A stretch of 64,000 nucleotides of DNA from an uncultured Gammaproteobacteria bacterium (GCA_964438425.1 CAYTKM010000002.1:9546-73545); one strand, 5' to 3'; shown: positions 7,838 to 17,492, counted from the stretch's first letter. A program made the numbers and translations. The notes: generated by a model from the sequence alone, not told the origin.

Positions 7838-9553
7838 ATGCATCAACTCACAATTAAATTAAACAAATCTTATAAATCATTTATTACTGGATTTGAGACT
7901 ACTTTGTCGGGTGACTTGGTAATTTTGTCAGGTGTAAATGGAAGTGGTAAATCTCAACTAGCAGATATTATTGCACATCAACAGCACCAGAAAAGATCAT
8001 TACGTATCGAGGCAACAGTTAAGTTAAATGGAAAAGATTTTGGTATGGGTGAAGTGATTGTTCGTTCTTTTATAGAGAGTGTAAATTTAAATAATTTTCG
8101 TCAAACAGATGTGTTACAGATTAATCGTACTAAAGATATGATCTGGAACTGGTATGAAAGCAGTAAATTAACTCCAAAGGATAACGATGGTTCAATTAGA
8201 TGGTCAAGGCAGATAAAATATATTAAAAATATATTGATTGAAAAATTTGGACAAGAAAAATTTAATCTTCTGAGTAGGGAGGAATTCGAAAGGTCTCTTC
8301 CTGATAATATAAATATTTCTGATGATGATATTTTTAATGATGAAATATCTAAGAATTTCCATTTATTTGCTTTTGATAAAGTTGAAAAACAAAAAGAATA
8401 TTCATTTAAACCAGAAATTTTCGATTCGTCAATTCTAGGTCAAGCTCCATGGGAAGAATTGAACTCTGTACTTAAAGATCTTGATCTAGCATATAGATTT
8501 AGAGGAAATTTCGATATATGTAATGGTGTATTAAATCATGAAGTAGCAATATATCCAATAAATAATGATGGCTCTTTGAATTATCAAGAGCCAAGAAATA
8601 TATCAGATTTATCCACTGGAGAAAAAGCAATATTATCGCTTATTACTGGAACTTTATTTAATGACCCTAGTAACTTACCTAAAGTTATAGTCTTAGATGA
8701 ATATGATGCAAATTTCAATCCTTCATTAACTCAAGCATTTTATAAAATACTTGATAAGCACTTTATTAAAAGGGGGATAATGATCATCTTTATAACTCAC
8801 TCAATATCATCAATTGCATTAGCTCCAAATTCTGCTGAGTTTTATGAACTATTTAAGCCAGATGTCGCTGAAGAGGGGAAAAGAATTTTTAGAGTTCAAA
8901 AAGAAGAATATAAAGAGATGAATATTCTCGAACTAATTTTTAAGAAATATTCTAATACTAAGAAGCGTTATCGAGAAGTAAACAGTCAAGAAAAGTTAAT
9001 CATGGATACTACCAATTTACCTAAATTATATGTTGAAGGTAAAACAGATAAGCAATATATAGAGAAGGCTGCAGAATTACTGAACTTTAATAGAATAGAG
9101 GATATTGAGATCATTTGTGGTGACGGCTCTGCCAACTTAACTAATATATATAAGGGACTGTTACGTTCTCAGCGCTTAAACTCTAGAATTCTAGTGTTGC
9201 ATGACTGTGATGTTAAAAAAGCAAAAAATGAATCAGAACCAGCTGAAAATCCGATTTTATTTCAAAGAGCAATTGATCAGATGAGTAGTCACTTCATCAA
9301 AAAAGGCATAGAGAACTTGTTTTCCAATGAAACTATAGAAACAGCTAGAGATGGATTACAATTAGAAGGTTTATACAGGGAATCTATACCAGATGCTTCT
9401 AAATTAGAAGTAAGAATTAGAAAATTAGATGATCAGTATAAGGTAAGGTTGGCTGACTGGCTTTGTGAGAATGGTACAACTAAGGACTTTAAAGAGTTCT
9501 CTAAAATTTTTGATTGTATTAAAGAGTGTTTATTTATTAATGAAACTAAGTAG
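7838..9553 (+). CDS. OLD-family ABC-ATPase / Toprim (DUF4435-like) fusion protein; candidate single-protein antiphage nuclease (class 1 OLD / GajA-like / fused PARIS-like)
   Basis: Walker A GVNGSGKS, ABC-signature-like LSTGEKA, Walker B VIVLDEYD, H-loop ITHS. The C-terminal ~200 aa carry LYVEGKTDKQY and LHDCD (Toprim Glu plus DxD). The length (571 aa) matches P2 Old and GajA. Confidence 0.65.
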   Translation: MHQLTIKLNKSYKSFITGFETTLSGDLVILSGVNGSGKSQLADIIAHQQHQKRSLRIEATVKLNGKDFGMGEVIVRSFIESVNLNNFRQTDVLQINRTKDMIWNWYESSKLTPKDNDGSIRWSRQIKYIKNILIEKFGQEKFNLLSREEFERSLPDNINISDDDIFNDEISKNFHLFAFDKVEKQKEYSFKPEIFDSSILGQAPWEELNSVLKDLDLAYRFRGNFDICNGVLNHEVAIYPINNDGSLNYQEPRNISDLSTGEKAILSLITGTLFNDPSNLPKVIVLDEYDANFNPSLTQAFYKILDKHFIKRGIMIIFITHSISSIALAPNSAEFYELFKPDVAEEGKRIFRVQKEEYKEMNILELIFKKYSNTKKRYREVNSQEKLIMDTTNLPKLYVEGKTDKQYIEKAAELLNFNRIEDIEIICGDGSANLTNIYKGLLRSQRLNSRILVLHDCDVKKAKNESEPAENPILFQRAIDQMSSHFIKKGIENLFSNETIETARDGLQLEGLYRESIPDASKLEVRIRKLDDQYKVRLADWLCENGTTKDFKEFSKIFDCIKECLFINETK

Positions 9554-9572
9554 AATTTCATCAATCAGTAGT

Positions 9573-9983
9573 CTAGAGGTGATCTAGCTGCACAAAAAGC
9601 AAAGCTTTTGCTTGCTGTTCAGGGTACTTTAGTCTGCGCAGTGGTAGTTTAGCTGGCATCTCCCTTCATACCCTTCCTCCTTTGCTCGGAGGTTAAATAT
9701 TCAAATCAACGTCGAATCTACTAGTTATACAAAAATAAAAAGTGCCCCGATGGACGCTTTTTATTTTAATAATAATGGTGGACCCGAGGTGATCTAGCTG
9801 CACAAAAAGCGATGCTTTTTGCTTGCTGTTCAGGGTATTTTAGCGTGCGCAGTGTTACTTTAGCTGGCATCTCCCTTCATACCCTTCCTCCTCTACTTGG
9901 AGGTTAGATATTCAGGTCAACGTCGAATCTACTAGGTATACAAAAATAAAAAGCGCCCTGATGGACGCTTTTTATTTTTAAAA
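9573..9983. repeat. two tandem ~208-bp direct repeats (unit A about 9573..9775, unit B 9776..9983), each beginning with a copy of the 3' end of tRNA-Ala and ending with a terminator hairpin
   Basis: Unit B starts with tggtggacccgaggtgat, 18/18 identical to tRNA-Ala positions 59-76 including CCA. Unit A retains 8 nt (gaggtgat). The units are about 88% identical. Each ends with aaaaagcgcc(c)tgatggacgcttttt. Confidence 0.8.
9941..9976 (-). terminator. rho-independent terminator immediately 3' of tRNA-Ala (a second copy sits at about 9731..9767 inside repeat unit A)
   Basis: aaaaagcg-cc-ctgat-gg-a-cgcttttt hairpin flanked by A- and T-tracts. It can act as a bidirectional terminator. Confidence 0.55.
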
Positions 9984-10059
9984 TGGTGGACCCGAGGTGA
10001 TTCGAACACCCGACCTCCTCGGTGCAAACGAGGCGCTCTACCAACTAAGCTACGGGCCC
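9984..10059 (-). tRNA. tRNA-Ala (anticodon UGC)
   Basis: 76-nt cloverleaf on the minus strand: GGGCCCG acceptor stem with the G3:U70 Ala identity pair, D-arm GCTT/AGTTGGTA/GAGC, anticodon stem-loop CCTCG-TTTGCAC-CGAGG, T-arm GGGTG-TTCGAAT-CACCT, and an encoded CCA. Confidence 0.95.
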
Positions 10060-10757
10060 ATATATGTGGACTTTTTTAATTATAGATTATTCGGATTGAG
10101 CATGCAGGCAATCACCTAAGTTTTAATTATCTTTATATATTTTGTAAAAATACGATGAAAATCTGATAACTAAACTTTAGAAGAAATTTTGTCGACATCT
10201 TCATGCCAGCTATCACTATATGAAAAATCTAATATATTTCAAAGTCCTTTTAAAATCGCTCCATAAAGCTATTAACATTTTGTTCATAAAACTTGCCCCC
10301 TTATTAATATGAATATCTGCCTGAAGTTTGTTTAGCTTCAACGCCATTGTTGAAACAACTAAAGATAGATAAAAAAGTTTCTTAAAACCTATTCTACAAC
10401 ATATTTATAATCGCTTTTTAACCTTTATTTAACATAAGCGGCACTTACTTAAGTGCTTCACGAATCTGTTTGTAAGGTTCTTAGTGAGCAGAATTCAAAT
10501 ATTTGAAATTTAGTAAGCCTTTCACTGACTGCTATCTGACCATAGGTAAGCTAATGGTAGGTGTTTGCCTACTTAAGCTGACTTGCACTCTAATGTATAA
10601 CAATAATAGTATGTATAGCTTAATTAAATTAATTATTATTAATGAAAACTAAATCCCAGAGCGCAAAAGGTAAGAAAGCTTAAATTTTATTAGTCAAGTT
10701 TAAGTAGACGTTGAAGTATATGTAAATAAAAGCTCTACTTGATAAAATTAAATTTGC

Positions 10758-11492
10758 CTATCTGTGAGTGACGATACTTACATCTTTTCTAAATGCTGAA
10801 ATAGATTTGTTTAAACCATCAATAGGTTGAATATAATCTTTTCTAAGTGGGTAACCTTCCCATTTATCTGGATTCAAAATTCTAACTAAATTAGGGTGAC
10901 CATCAAAGATTAGACCCATCATGTCATATGCTTCGCGCTCTTGCCAGTTAGCTGAAGCGTAAATATTAGTTAAAGTTGGTAAGTGAGGCGCTGTCTTAGG
11001 CACAGTCACTTTTAGAATAATGGCTTCCAAGTGCTCTGAACTCTCTAAACGTAAAATATACTGGTAACCTTTTTTAAGTTCAACAGCAGTTGCGAAGTTT
11101 AAGATATCGAATTTGCGGCTTTCCTTAAGCTTAACGCAGGTGCTAACCATATCTTCGACTGCGATTTCGTACATGTAAGTGCCAGTTTTATCTGTGCCAA
11201 GCTCTTCGCGTTTGATTTCTGTACCTTCTTCTTCAAAAAATAAGACAGCTTCAGGTGTTTTAGGTGGCGGTGGTGGTTCTACTTCCACTTCTTCTTCAAT
11301 TTCAGCACTTTCATCTGCGTCTGTACTTGCAGCAGCTTCTTCCGCGGCTTTAGCCGCTGGGTCATAACCCAGAAAATCTATCAAAGCTTTTTTTTCAGCT
11401 TCAGCAGGGTCTTTACCCTCAGCTTTAGCCTTTTTACGTGCATAAAATGCAACTAAAAGTTCATCACCAGGTTTTACAGGAATATCAGCCAT
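10758..11492 (-). CDS. nuoC: NADH-quinone oxidoreductase subunit C (30-kDa subunit) with a ~95-aa acidic/Pro-rich N-terminal extension
   Basis: C-terminal core ...NWQEREAYDMMGLIFDGHPNLVRILNPDKWEGYPLRKDY matches the NuoC/Nqo5 family. The N-terminus is low-complexity (AEEAAAST...EPPPPPK). Confidence 0.85.
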   Translation of the reverse strand: MADIPVKPGDELLVAFYARKKAKAEGKDPAEAEKKALIDFLGYDPAAKAAEEAAASTDADESAEIEEEVEVEPPPPPKTPEAVLFFEEEGTEIKREELGTDKTGTYMYEIAVEDMVSTCVKLKESRKFDILNFATAVELKKGYQYILRLESSEHLEAIILKVTVPKTAPHLPTLTNIYASANWQEREAYDMMGLIFDGHPNLVRILNPDKWEGYPLRKDYIQPIDGLNKSISAFRKDVSIVTHR

Positions 11493-11612
11493 TTTTAAAT
11501 ATCTTATTGATTTTAAGTCTTATACTAAAACCAATTTTAGGTCTTGATATAAGCTCTCAAAGTAGTATTATAACTTTACTTATGATTAATTACTAGTTTC
11601 AACTATAAATGT

Positions 11613-12293
11613 TTAAACTTTACTAGTTGCTGTATGATCGCTGGTATCATTTTTCTCACCATGCGCGTCATCACTCACAATCATTAGACCAGTTTCTTCG
11701 TCTACTGCACGAGTGTGCTCTTCATGGTGCCTAGCAATCGCGCGGCGCTCAGCTAATTTTTCTTTACGGATTTTACGTTGTAATGTAAATAAACCATGTA
11801 ATAGACCTTCTGGACGTGGTGGGCAACCTGGCACATACACGTCTACGGGGATAATACGATCTACACCCTGAACAACTGAAGGAGCATCGTGGAACATACC
11901 ACCAGTGATAGTACAAGCGCCCATAGCAATTACATATTTAGGTTCAGGTAATTGTTGATAGAGTCTGATAAGTGCTGGAGCCATTTTACGGGTGATAGTA
12001 CCAGCTGTAATAATCATGTCTGCCTGCCTAGGTGTCGCACGGAAAACTTCAGAACCAAAACGTGAAATATCGAATCTCGACATACCTACCGACATCATCT
12101 CGATGGCACAACATGAAGTACCATAAGTCAATGGCCATACGCTATTTGAGCGCGCCCAGTTGTAAATAGTATCGACAAAGCCACCTACAGTGCTTACTAC
12201 CACGTTACTCTTTAAATCTTCAGGAATCTCAAGATCTTTTTTAGGTGGTAAAGGTACCTTGTTTGCGGAAAACAATTCTTCAATATTAGGCAT
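11613..12293 (-). CDS. nuoB: NADH-quinone oxidoreductase subunit B (20-kDa/PSST, N2 Fe-S subunit) with a ~45-aa C-terminal extension
   Basis: [16 protein letters not shown] and PGCPP cluster-ligand motifs. Ends with a charged His/Glu/Asp-rich tail. Confidence 0.9.
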   Translation of the reverse strand: MPNIEELFSANKVPLPPKKDLEIPEDLKSNVVVSTVGGFVDTIYNWARSNSVWPLTYGTSCCAIEMMSVGMSRFDISRFGSEVFRATPRQADMIITAGTITRKMAPALIRLYQQLPEPKYVIAMGACTITGGMFHDAPSVVQGVDRIIPVDVYVPGCPPRPEGLLHGLFTLQRKIRKEKLAERRAIARHHEEHTRAVDEETGLMIVSDDAHGEKNDTSDHTATSKV

Positions 12294-12732
12294 AGTTAAT
12301 TATATTATACCAAGATATTTAGTTCTTATTTCACTTGCACGCTGAGTTTTTGCATATTTTAGTGTGTAAATTGCTGCTTAATTAATATAAAGTCTAATTT
12401 TATGTAAATTAAATGAGTTGGTGAGCCCTGTAGTCTAGCTTATTATTTAATTTCTCTAAGATTTACATTATGGACTATGAAGGGTAATTAAGCTGCGCAA
12501 TTTTACTTGCTACTTATCTAATCTAACTTAATGCCTACATCATAAGATCGTAAGTTTATCAGAGTGAAATTATTAAGTAAGACAACAGACAGTTTCTGTG
12601 TATTAATTGAAAAACAAAGTGCTAAAATCTGCGGTTTTAAACTAACTTAATTTGATATTTTTAACGATTTATTAAAAATATCCTACCTGAAACTACATAT
12701 TTTAGTGCTCATGCTAGTATAAAATTTACGTT

Positions 12733-13128
12733 ATGACACCTAAACTATTTGCCTATATTTTAGTTTTACGTTGGGTTATTGGCTTGATCTTTATTTTAAA
12801 TGGCATGCCTAAGTTTTCTGATCCTTCATTTGGTAGTCAAGCTGATGTATTTTTTACCACTTTGCGTGATGATGTAATCTTCAAGCCTTATTTATACTTT
12901 TTTGATGAAGTGATTTTGCCTAATGCTTTTTTAGTAGCTAAGGCGATTAAATACACCGAAGTAGCACTTGGAGTGATGTTCTTGATCAACATTCCGATCA
13001 CTTTGGCAGTTGGTTTAGCTGTATTTTTACATTTGAATTATCTATGCATAGCTAGTTTGCCGACTTTCATGTTCTTAAATATTTTAATGATAGCTTCAGA
13101 GTTTACTATCTTTGGTTCGAAGAAATAG
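12733..13128 (+). CDS. hypothetical small integral membrane protein
   Basis: 131-aa ORF with three or four hydrophobic segments. Confidence 0.45.
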   Translation: MTPKLFAYILVLRWVIGLIFILNGMPKFSDPSFGSQADVFFTTLRDDVIFKPYLYFFDEVILPNAFLVAKAIKYTEVALGVMFLINIPITLAVGLAVFLHLNYLCIASLPTFMFLNILMIASEFTIFGSKK

Positions 13129-13184
13129 ACTCTAGCCTAATTTTATAGCAGCAGCTTCAAAAATAAAAAGATAAAATTGTTTTT

Positions 13185-15098
13185 GTGCCAAGGTTTTTTA
13201 AAATAAATTTCTCAATACCAGCAGGTAAGCTTAATTTAAAGCAGCGGCATTTAAATTCAAGTGAGCAATACACTGAAATTCATCCTTACCAGAGGAGCTT
13301 ATATTTTTTATTCGCATTTCTTTTATTACTAGGTTTAACATCCTGCTCTAAGGTTAGTTTACCTGGCGCCAAACCAGAATTTTACAGTGAAAAATACTAT
13401 GAAAAGCATCCTCAAAAGAAATTTGGCGGTTTGCTTAAGCAAACTCAGCTCGGTCAAGATCCTAAGACTCTAAACCCATGGACAGCGAGTGACGCTAGTA
13501 GCTCTAGCTATGCAAGTCTAATGTATGAAGGCTTGATTAATATCGATCCAGATACTGATGAAGTTATTCCTCATCTGGCTAAAGATTTTAAGATCAGCTC
13601 CAACCAGAAAGAAATTGAAGTTGACTTGAGGGATGATATCTTTTGGTCTGATGGCACGCCAATAACTGCTGATGATGTACTTTTTACCTGGAATACTTTG
13701 ATTAGAGATGGTGTCGCTCAAAGTTCGTTGAAAGATATTCTAACGGTTGAAGGCAAGTTTCCTAGTGTAACTAAAATAAGCTCTAAAAAAGTGCTTTTTA
13801 AGACAGATGAAATCTTTGCGCCGTTTCTAAGAAATTTAGGGATCGAAATCGCGCCTAAGCATCATATTGAAGCTTACTTTAAAGCGAGGAGCGCGCTCAG
13901 CTTCGAAGAGCAGCGCGCGGCATTTAATAATTACCTTAGTACAAACACTAAACCTGAAGATATGGTTACTTCTGGACCTTTTATTTTCCAGCAAATTAAA
14001 GCTGGCGAGCGCATTGAGTTTGTGCGCAACCCAAACTATTTTTTAAAAGATCCAGATACAGGTAAATCATATCCTTATTTAGACCGTATATTGTTTTCTT
14101 TTGTGCAAGATTCTAGCGCAGATATCTTTAAATTTTTAGCTGGAGAATCAGATATTTTAGCTGTTACCCCACAAAACGCCAGCTTGATTAAAGGTTATGA
14201 AGCTAAATATAACTTTACTTTATATGAGCTTGGGGCAAGTAATGGTACTAATTTTTTCTGGTTTAATTTAAGTAAAAATGTTCCTGAACCTAAGTACAGC
14301 TGGTTTAATAGTGAAAAGTTCAGATCAGCTCTAAGCTACGCTATTGATCGTCAAATCATGATTGATAATGTTTTTCAGGGGCTAGCTAGTCCGCTATATA
14401 CGGCAATCTCTCTAAAAAGTCCTTACTTTAATAGCCAGCTAAAACAAGAATATGATTTGGAGCGCGCGCGCCAGCTACTAAGTGAAGCTGGTTTTAAAAT
14501 TAAACGCAAGCTAAAAGACGCTGATAAAATTCAGCTTGTAGATGCTAATGATAATGAAGTTAGCTTCGATCTCTTTACTAATGCTGGTAACCGTGAGCGC
14601 GAACTGATGGGAGTTATTATCGCTGATAATCTTAGTAAACTCGGGATCAAGGTTAATTTTAAGCTACTTGAATTTAATGCTTTCGTGGGTAAAGTTATGT
14701 CCGGTAGCGGTTATGAAGCCGGCATACTTTCTTTAACTGGTTCAAGCGAACCGAATTCAGGCGCCAATGTCTGGAACTCTGAAGGGCGCCTGCACCTTTT
14801 TGATGTTAAAGCAACGCAGGAGCAACCGATTACACGCGCGTGGGAGCATGAAATCGACGACCTGTACGCGCGCGGTGTACGTACTATGGACTTTAAAAAG
14901 CGTAAACAAATCTATGATAGATTCCAGAAAATTGTTTTTGAGCATAATCCGCTAATTCATTTAGTTACGCCTAATGTTTTAATAGCTGCTAAAAATTATG
15001 TCGCTGGTATTTACCCTAGTAAATATGGTGGCTTGGTGCCGCGTTTGTATAAAGTTTACATTAGGGATCTTAAGGAGCCTGAATCCTATGATCTATAA
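13185..15098 (+). CDS. ABC transporter substrate-binding protein, family 5 (peptide/nickel/opine type), probable lipoprotein; start uncertain
   Basis: Lipobox-like LLGLTSC near the N-terminus. Family-5 SBP-like regions throughout (e.g. ...TNAGNRERELMGVIIADNLSKLGIKV...). No adjacent permease or ATPase genes. Confidence 0.8.
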   Translation: MPRFFKINFSIPAGKLNLKQRHLNSSEQYTEIHPYQRSLYFLFAFLLLLGLTSCSKVSLPGAKPEFYSEKYYEKHPQKKFGGLLKQTQLGQDPKTLNPWTASDASSSSYASLMYEGLINIDPDTDEVIPHLAKDFKISSNQKEIEVDLRDDIFWSDGTPITADDVLFTWNTLIRDGVAQSSLKDILTVEGKFPSVTKISSKKVLFKTDEIFAPFLRNLGIEIAPKHHIEAYFKARSALSFEEQRAAFNNYLSTNTKPEDMVTSGPFIFQQIKAGERIEFVRNPNYFLKDPDTGKSYPYLDRILFSFVQDSSADIFKFLAGESDILAVTPQNASLIKGYEAKYNFTLYELGASNGTNFFWFNLSKNVPEPKYSWFNSEKFRSALSYAIDRQIMIDNVFQGLASPLYTAISLKSPYFNSQLKQEYDLERARQLLSEAGFKIKRKLKDADKIQLVDANDNEVSFDLFTNAGNRERELMGVIIADNLSKLGIKVNFKLLEFNAFVGKVMSGSGYEAGILSLTGSSEPNSGANVWNSEGRLHLFDVKATQEQPITRAWEHEIDDLYARGVRTMDFKKRKQIYDRFQKIVFEHNPLIHLVTPNVLIAAKNYVAGIYPSKYGGLVPRLYKVYIRDLKEPESYDL

Positions 15099-15191
15099 TG
15101 TTTATCTTAGATAACATTATATAAAATGCGAATTATCTCACCTGGAAATAACTTTTATGCAAACTTTTGGTGTTCGTATTAAAATGGTAAT

Positions 15192-16133
15192 ATGAAGATT
15201 TTAATTACAGGCGCATCTGGACTTATTGGTAATGAACTAAAAAAGCATATTGAAGCTAAAGGACATAGCTGGTCAGCATTGACTCGCCAAGAAGATAAGC
15301 TGGATGAAAGACATATATTCTGGAATATTGAAGAGAAGCGTATTGAAAAAGATCGTTTAGAAGGCTTCGATGCTATCGTGCATTTGGCTGGTGATAGTAT
15401 CGCTGATGGACGCTGGAATGATGAGAAAAAACAGAAAATCAGAGATAGCCGCGTGCATGGTACTCAGTTTTTAGTAGAAACTATAAAAATGCTTGAGCAT
15501 AAACCTAAGGTTTTTGTTTCAGCTTCAGCTATTGGTTTTTATGGTGATAGACCAGGTGAAGAACTGACTGAAGAAGCTAGCGCTCAGGATGGTAATTTTT
15601 TATCAATGGTCTGCAGAGAGTGGGAAGCTGCGACTGATCTACTTAAAGCAGAAGGTATTCGGGTAGCTTTACTTAGAACAGGCATCGTGCTCAGCCCTGA
15701 CGGTGGTGCACTCAAGCAGATGTTACTACCATTTAAACTTGGCTTAGGCGGCCAGCTCGGTGATGGCAAGCAGTATATGAGCTGGATAGATATTTATGAT
15801 ATGGCAGCGATTTATATGTATGCGATAGAAAATGAGCAGTGCGAGCATGCAATTAATGCAGTCGCTCCGTACCCAGTAACTAATAAAGAATATACTAAAG
15901 TGCTGGGTGATGTAATTAGTAGACCAACTATTTTTCCAGTACCTGAATTTGGCTTAAAAGCACTTTTTGGTGAGATGGCGGATGCGCTTTTACTAGCTGA
16001 TGTTAAAGTGATTCCAGCTAAATTGGAAAAAAGCAGCTTTCAGTTTAGGTATCCAGATTTAAAGGCATCACTAGAACACTTATTAAATGGTAGAGAGCTT
16101 CATGCTGAAGATCCTACTATGCAAGTAGCGTAG
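15192..16133 (+). CDS. TIGR01777/YfcH-family NAD-dependent epimerase/dehydratase-like protein (DUF1731 C-terminus)
   Basis: N-terminal Rossmann ILITGASGLIGNEL. Overall length and layout match the YfcH family. Confidence 0.75.
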   Translation: MKILITGASGLIGNELKKHIEAKGHSWSALTRQEDKLDERHIFWNIEEKRIEKDRLEGFDAIVHLAGDSIADGRWNDEKKQKIRDSRVHGTQFLVETIKMLEHKPKVFVSASAIGFYGDRPGEELTEEASAQDGNFLSMVCREWEAATDLLKAEGIRVALLRTGIVLSPDGGALKQMLLPFKLGLGGQLGDGKQYMSWIDIYDMAAIYMYAIENEQCEHAINAVAPYPVTNKEYTKVLGDVISRPTIFPVPEFGLKALFGEMADALLLADVKVIPAKLEKSSFQFRYPDLKASLEHLLNGRELHAEDPTMQVA

Positions 16134-16319
16134 TTTAGTTTAATAGTTTAACTCATTATTAGTTTTCGATCTAAGCATCGAAGTGCTGCTGGGTCTTTGT
16201 GGTTCTGATATTCTAATTATTATTTAAGCTTCGCTTGATTCGTTATTGAAGTTAATAAAATCTTTACCTTATAGGTGGTTTAAATTTAATTATACTAATA
16301 TTAAATAAATTATAAAATT

Positions 16320-16440
16320 ATTTTAAATATTCTTGAAATTTAGAAGTTTACTGTAAATTTAGCTGCAATTTAGAAATATTTTCTAAATGCAGTCGTTTTT
16401 TAGAATTTTTAAAAGTTTGATGGAAATTATTTAAAATATT
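16320..16440. repeat. cluster of TTTAGAA(A)TATT-type motif copies, including the near-palindrome atttagaaatattttctaaat
   Basis: Same AT-rich motif family as at 5.9, 32.8 and 45.9 kb. Confidence 0.5.
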
Positions 16441-16613
16441 TTTGGATATGCATAGATTAAATCGATAAATCACTTATATCATTTTCGATTCTAAGAAGAC
16501 TCTAATTAAATCAATTTAATCTAAAGTGTATTTACTTATGTTATAATAAGGTTAAAGGTTTAATATAACTGTTATAGTTTAAGCCTATGAGTATTTAAAA
16601 ACAAAATCTAAAC

Positions 16614-17492
16614 ATGTTAAGTATTGACGCTATAAAAAATGAGGCTTTAGCATCCGCCAAGGATCGTATACCTCCTCAATGGGCTCAGCTTAGTCGTTTT
16701 TCGCAAGGTATTATAGCTAAGCAAGACGAAAAAAACCAAGAGGATGCTCGAAAAGTTGGTGTTAATCTCGGTGCTAGTAAAATTAGAAAAATGGAGAGGG
16801 ATGTTAAGGGGATTGTTAATCCTCGTATTAATCCTTTAAAGTCTCCGATAAACTTTTTGATCGATTTTTTCCCTGGTGGAGCTAGTACTAATAAGCAACT
16901 TAATAGTAAGTTGTCTTCTATTAATAATCCTAACAGTGATAAAGACTTTGAGGCTAATGCTTTAACTAGATTAAAATTTTATGATTCACTTTTAGGGGAC
17001 TTAAACAAGCGTGTTCCTAATAAGGGTTTTATGAAGATTGAAAAATATCTTAATAAAGTTGAAGGTACTAAATATTACAATGAAACTGTTGATGGCTTAA
17101 ATAGTTTCCTGGATTATGTGGCTAATAATATGGTAGAAACTAAGCAAAGTGGCTTTGTTGTTAAAGAGAATGATATCGGTCGTAAGACGCATTTTTATAA
17201 GTCTATGCTAAAAGAAAGTTTTTACAATGAATTAAAATCTATTAAAGGTCGTTTTTCTAGTGATACTGGTGACCTTAGACATCTAGCTCAAGCACCTAAG
17301 CTTAAACAGGCTCTCGAAAAAATAGATAAAATTCTGCAATCTGATCCAGCGGCTAAAGCTAACCAACGCGCTAAATTGAAACGTCAACAAACACACAGAA
17401 CGCCGCGCAATAATATTGGTAATTTTAACCGTGGTGGCTCTCAAGCAAGAAATAATGCTGCAAACCTCAGTCGCAGACCAGCTAGAGTTTAG
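16614..17492 (+). CDS. hypothetical protein with a basic Arg/Asn-rich C-terminal tail
   Basis: 292-aa ORF with no recognisable domain. Confidence 0.5.
   Translation: MLSIDAIKNEALASAKDRIPPQWAQLSRFSQGIIAKQDEKNQEDARKVGVNLGASKIRKMERDVKGIVNPRINPLKSPINFLIDFFPGGASTNKQLNSKLSSINNPNSDKDFEANALTRLKFYDSLLGDLNKRVPNKGFMKIEKYLNKVEGTKYYNETVDGLNSFLDYVANNMVETKQSGFVVKENDIGRKTHFYKSMLKESFYNELKSIKGRFSSDTGDLRHLAQAPKLKQALEKIDKILQSDPAAKANQRAKLKRQQTHRTPRNNIGNFNRGGSQARNNAANLSRRPARV

Noticed and set aside
10060-10757. Possible ncRNA (SRP RNA, 6S, tmRNA or a second tRNA) in the 700-bp gene-free region downstream of nuoC
   Set aside because: Only small imperfect hairpins were seen (for example gtagg-tgtttg-cctac). No conserved SRP (GGAAGGAAGCAG-like), tmRNA or tRNA cloverleaf signatures were found. 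A computational covariance-model scan was not possible here.
11179-11367. Plus-strand ORF (62 aa, Ser/Gly/Ala low complexity) inside nuoC
   Set aside because: It is antisense to a well-supported nuoC reading frame. The low-complexity translation derives from the complementary strand of the Ala/Glu-rich NuoC extension.
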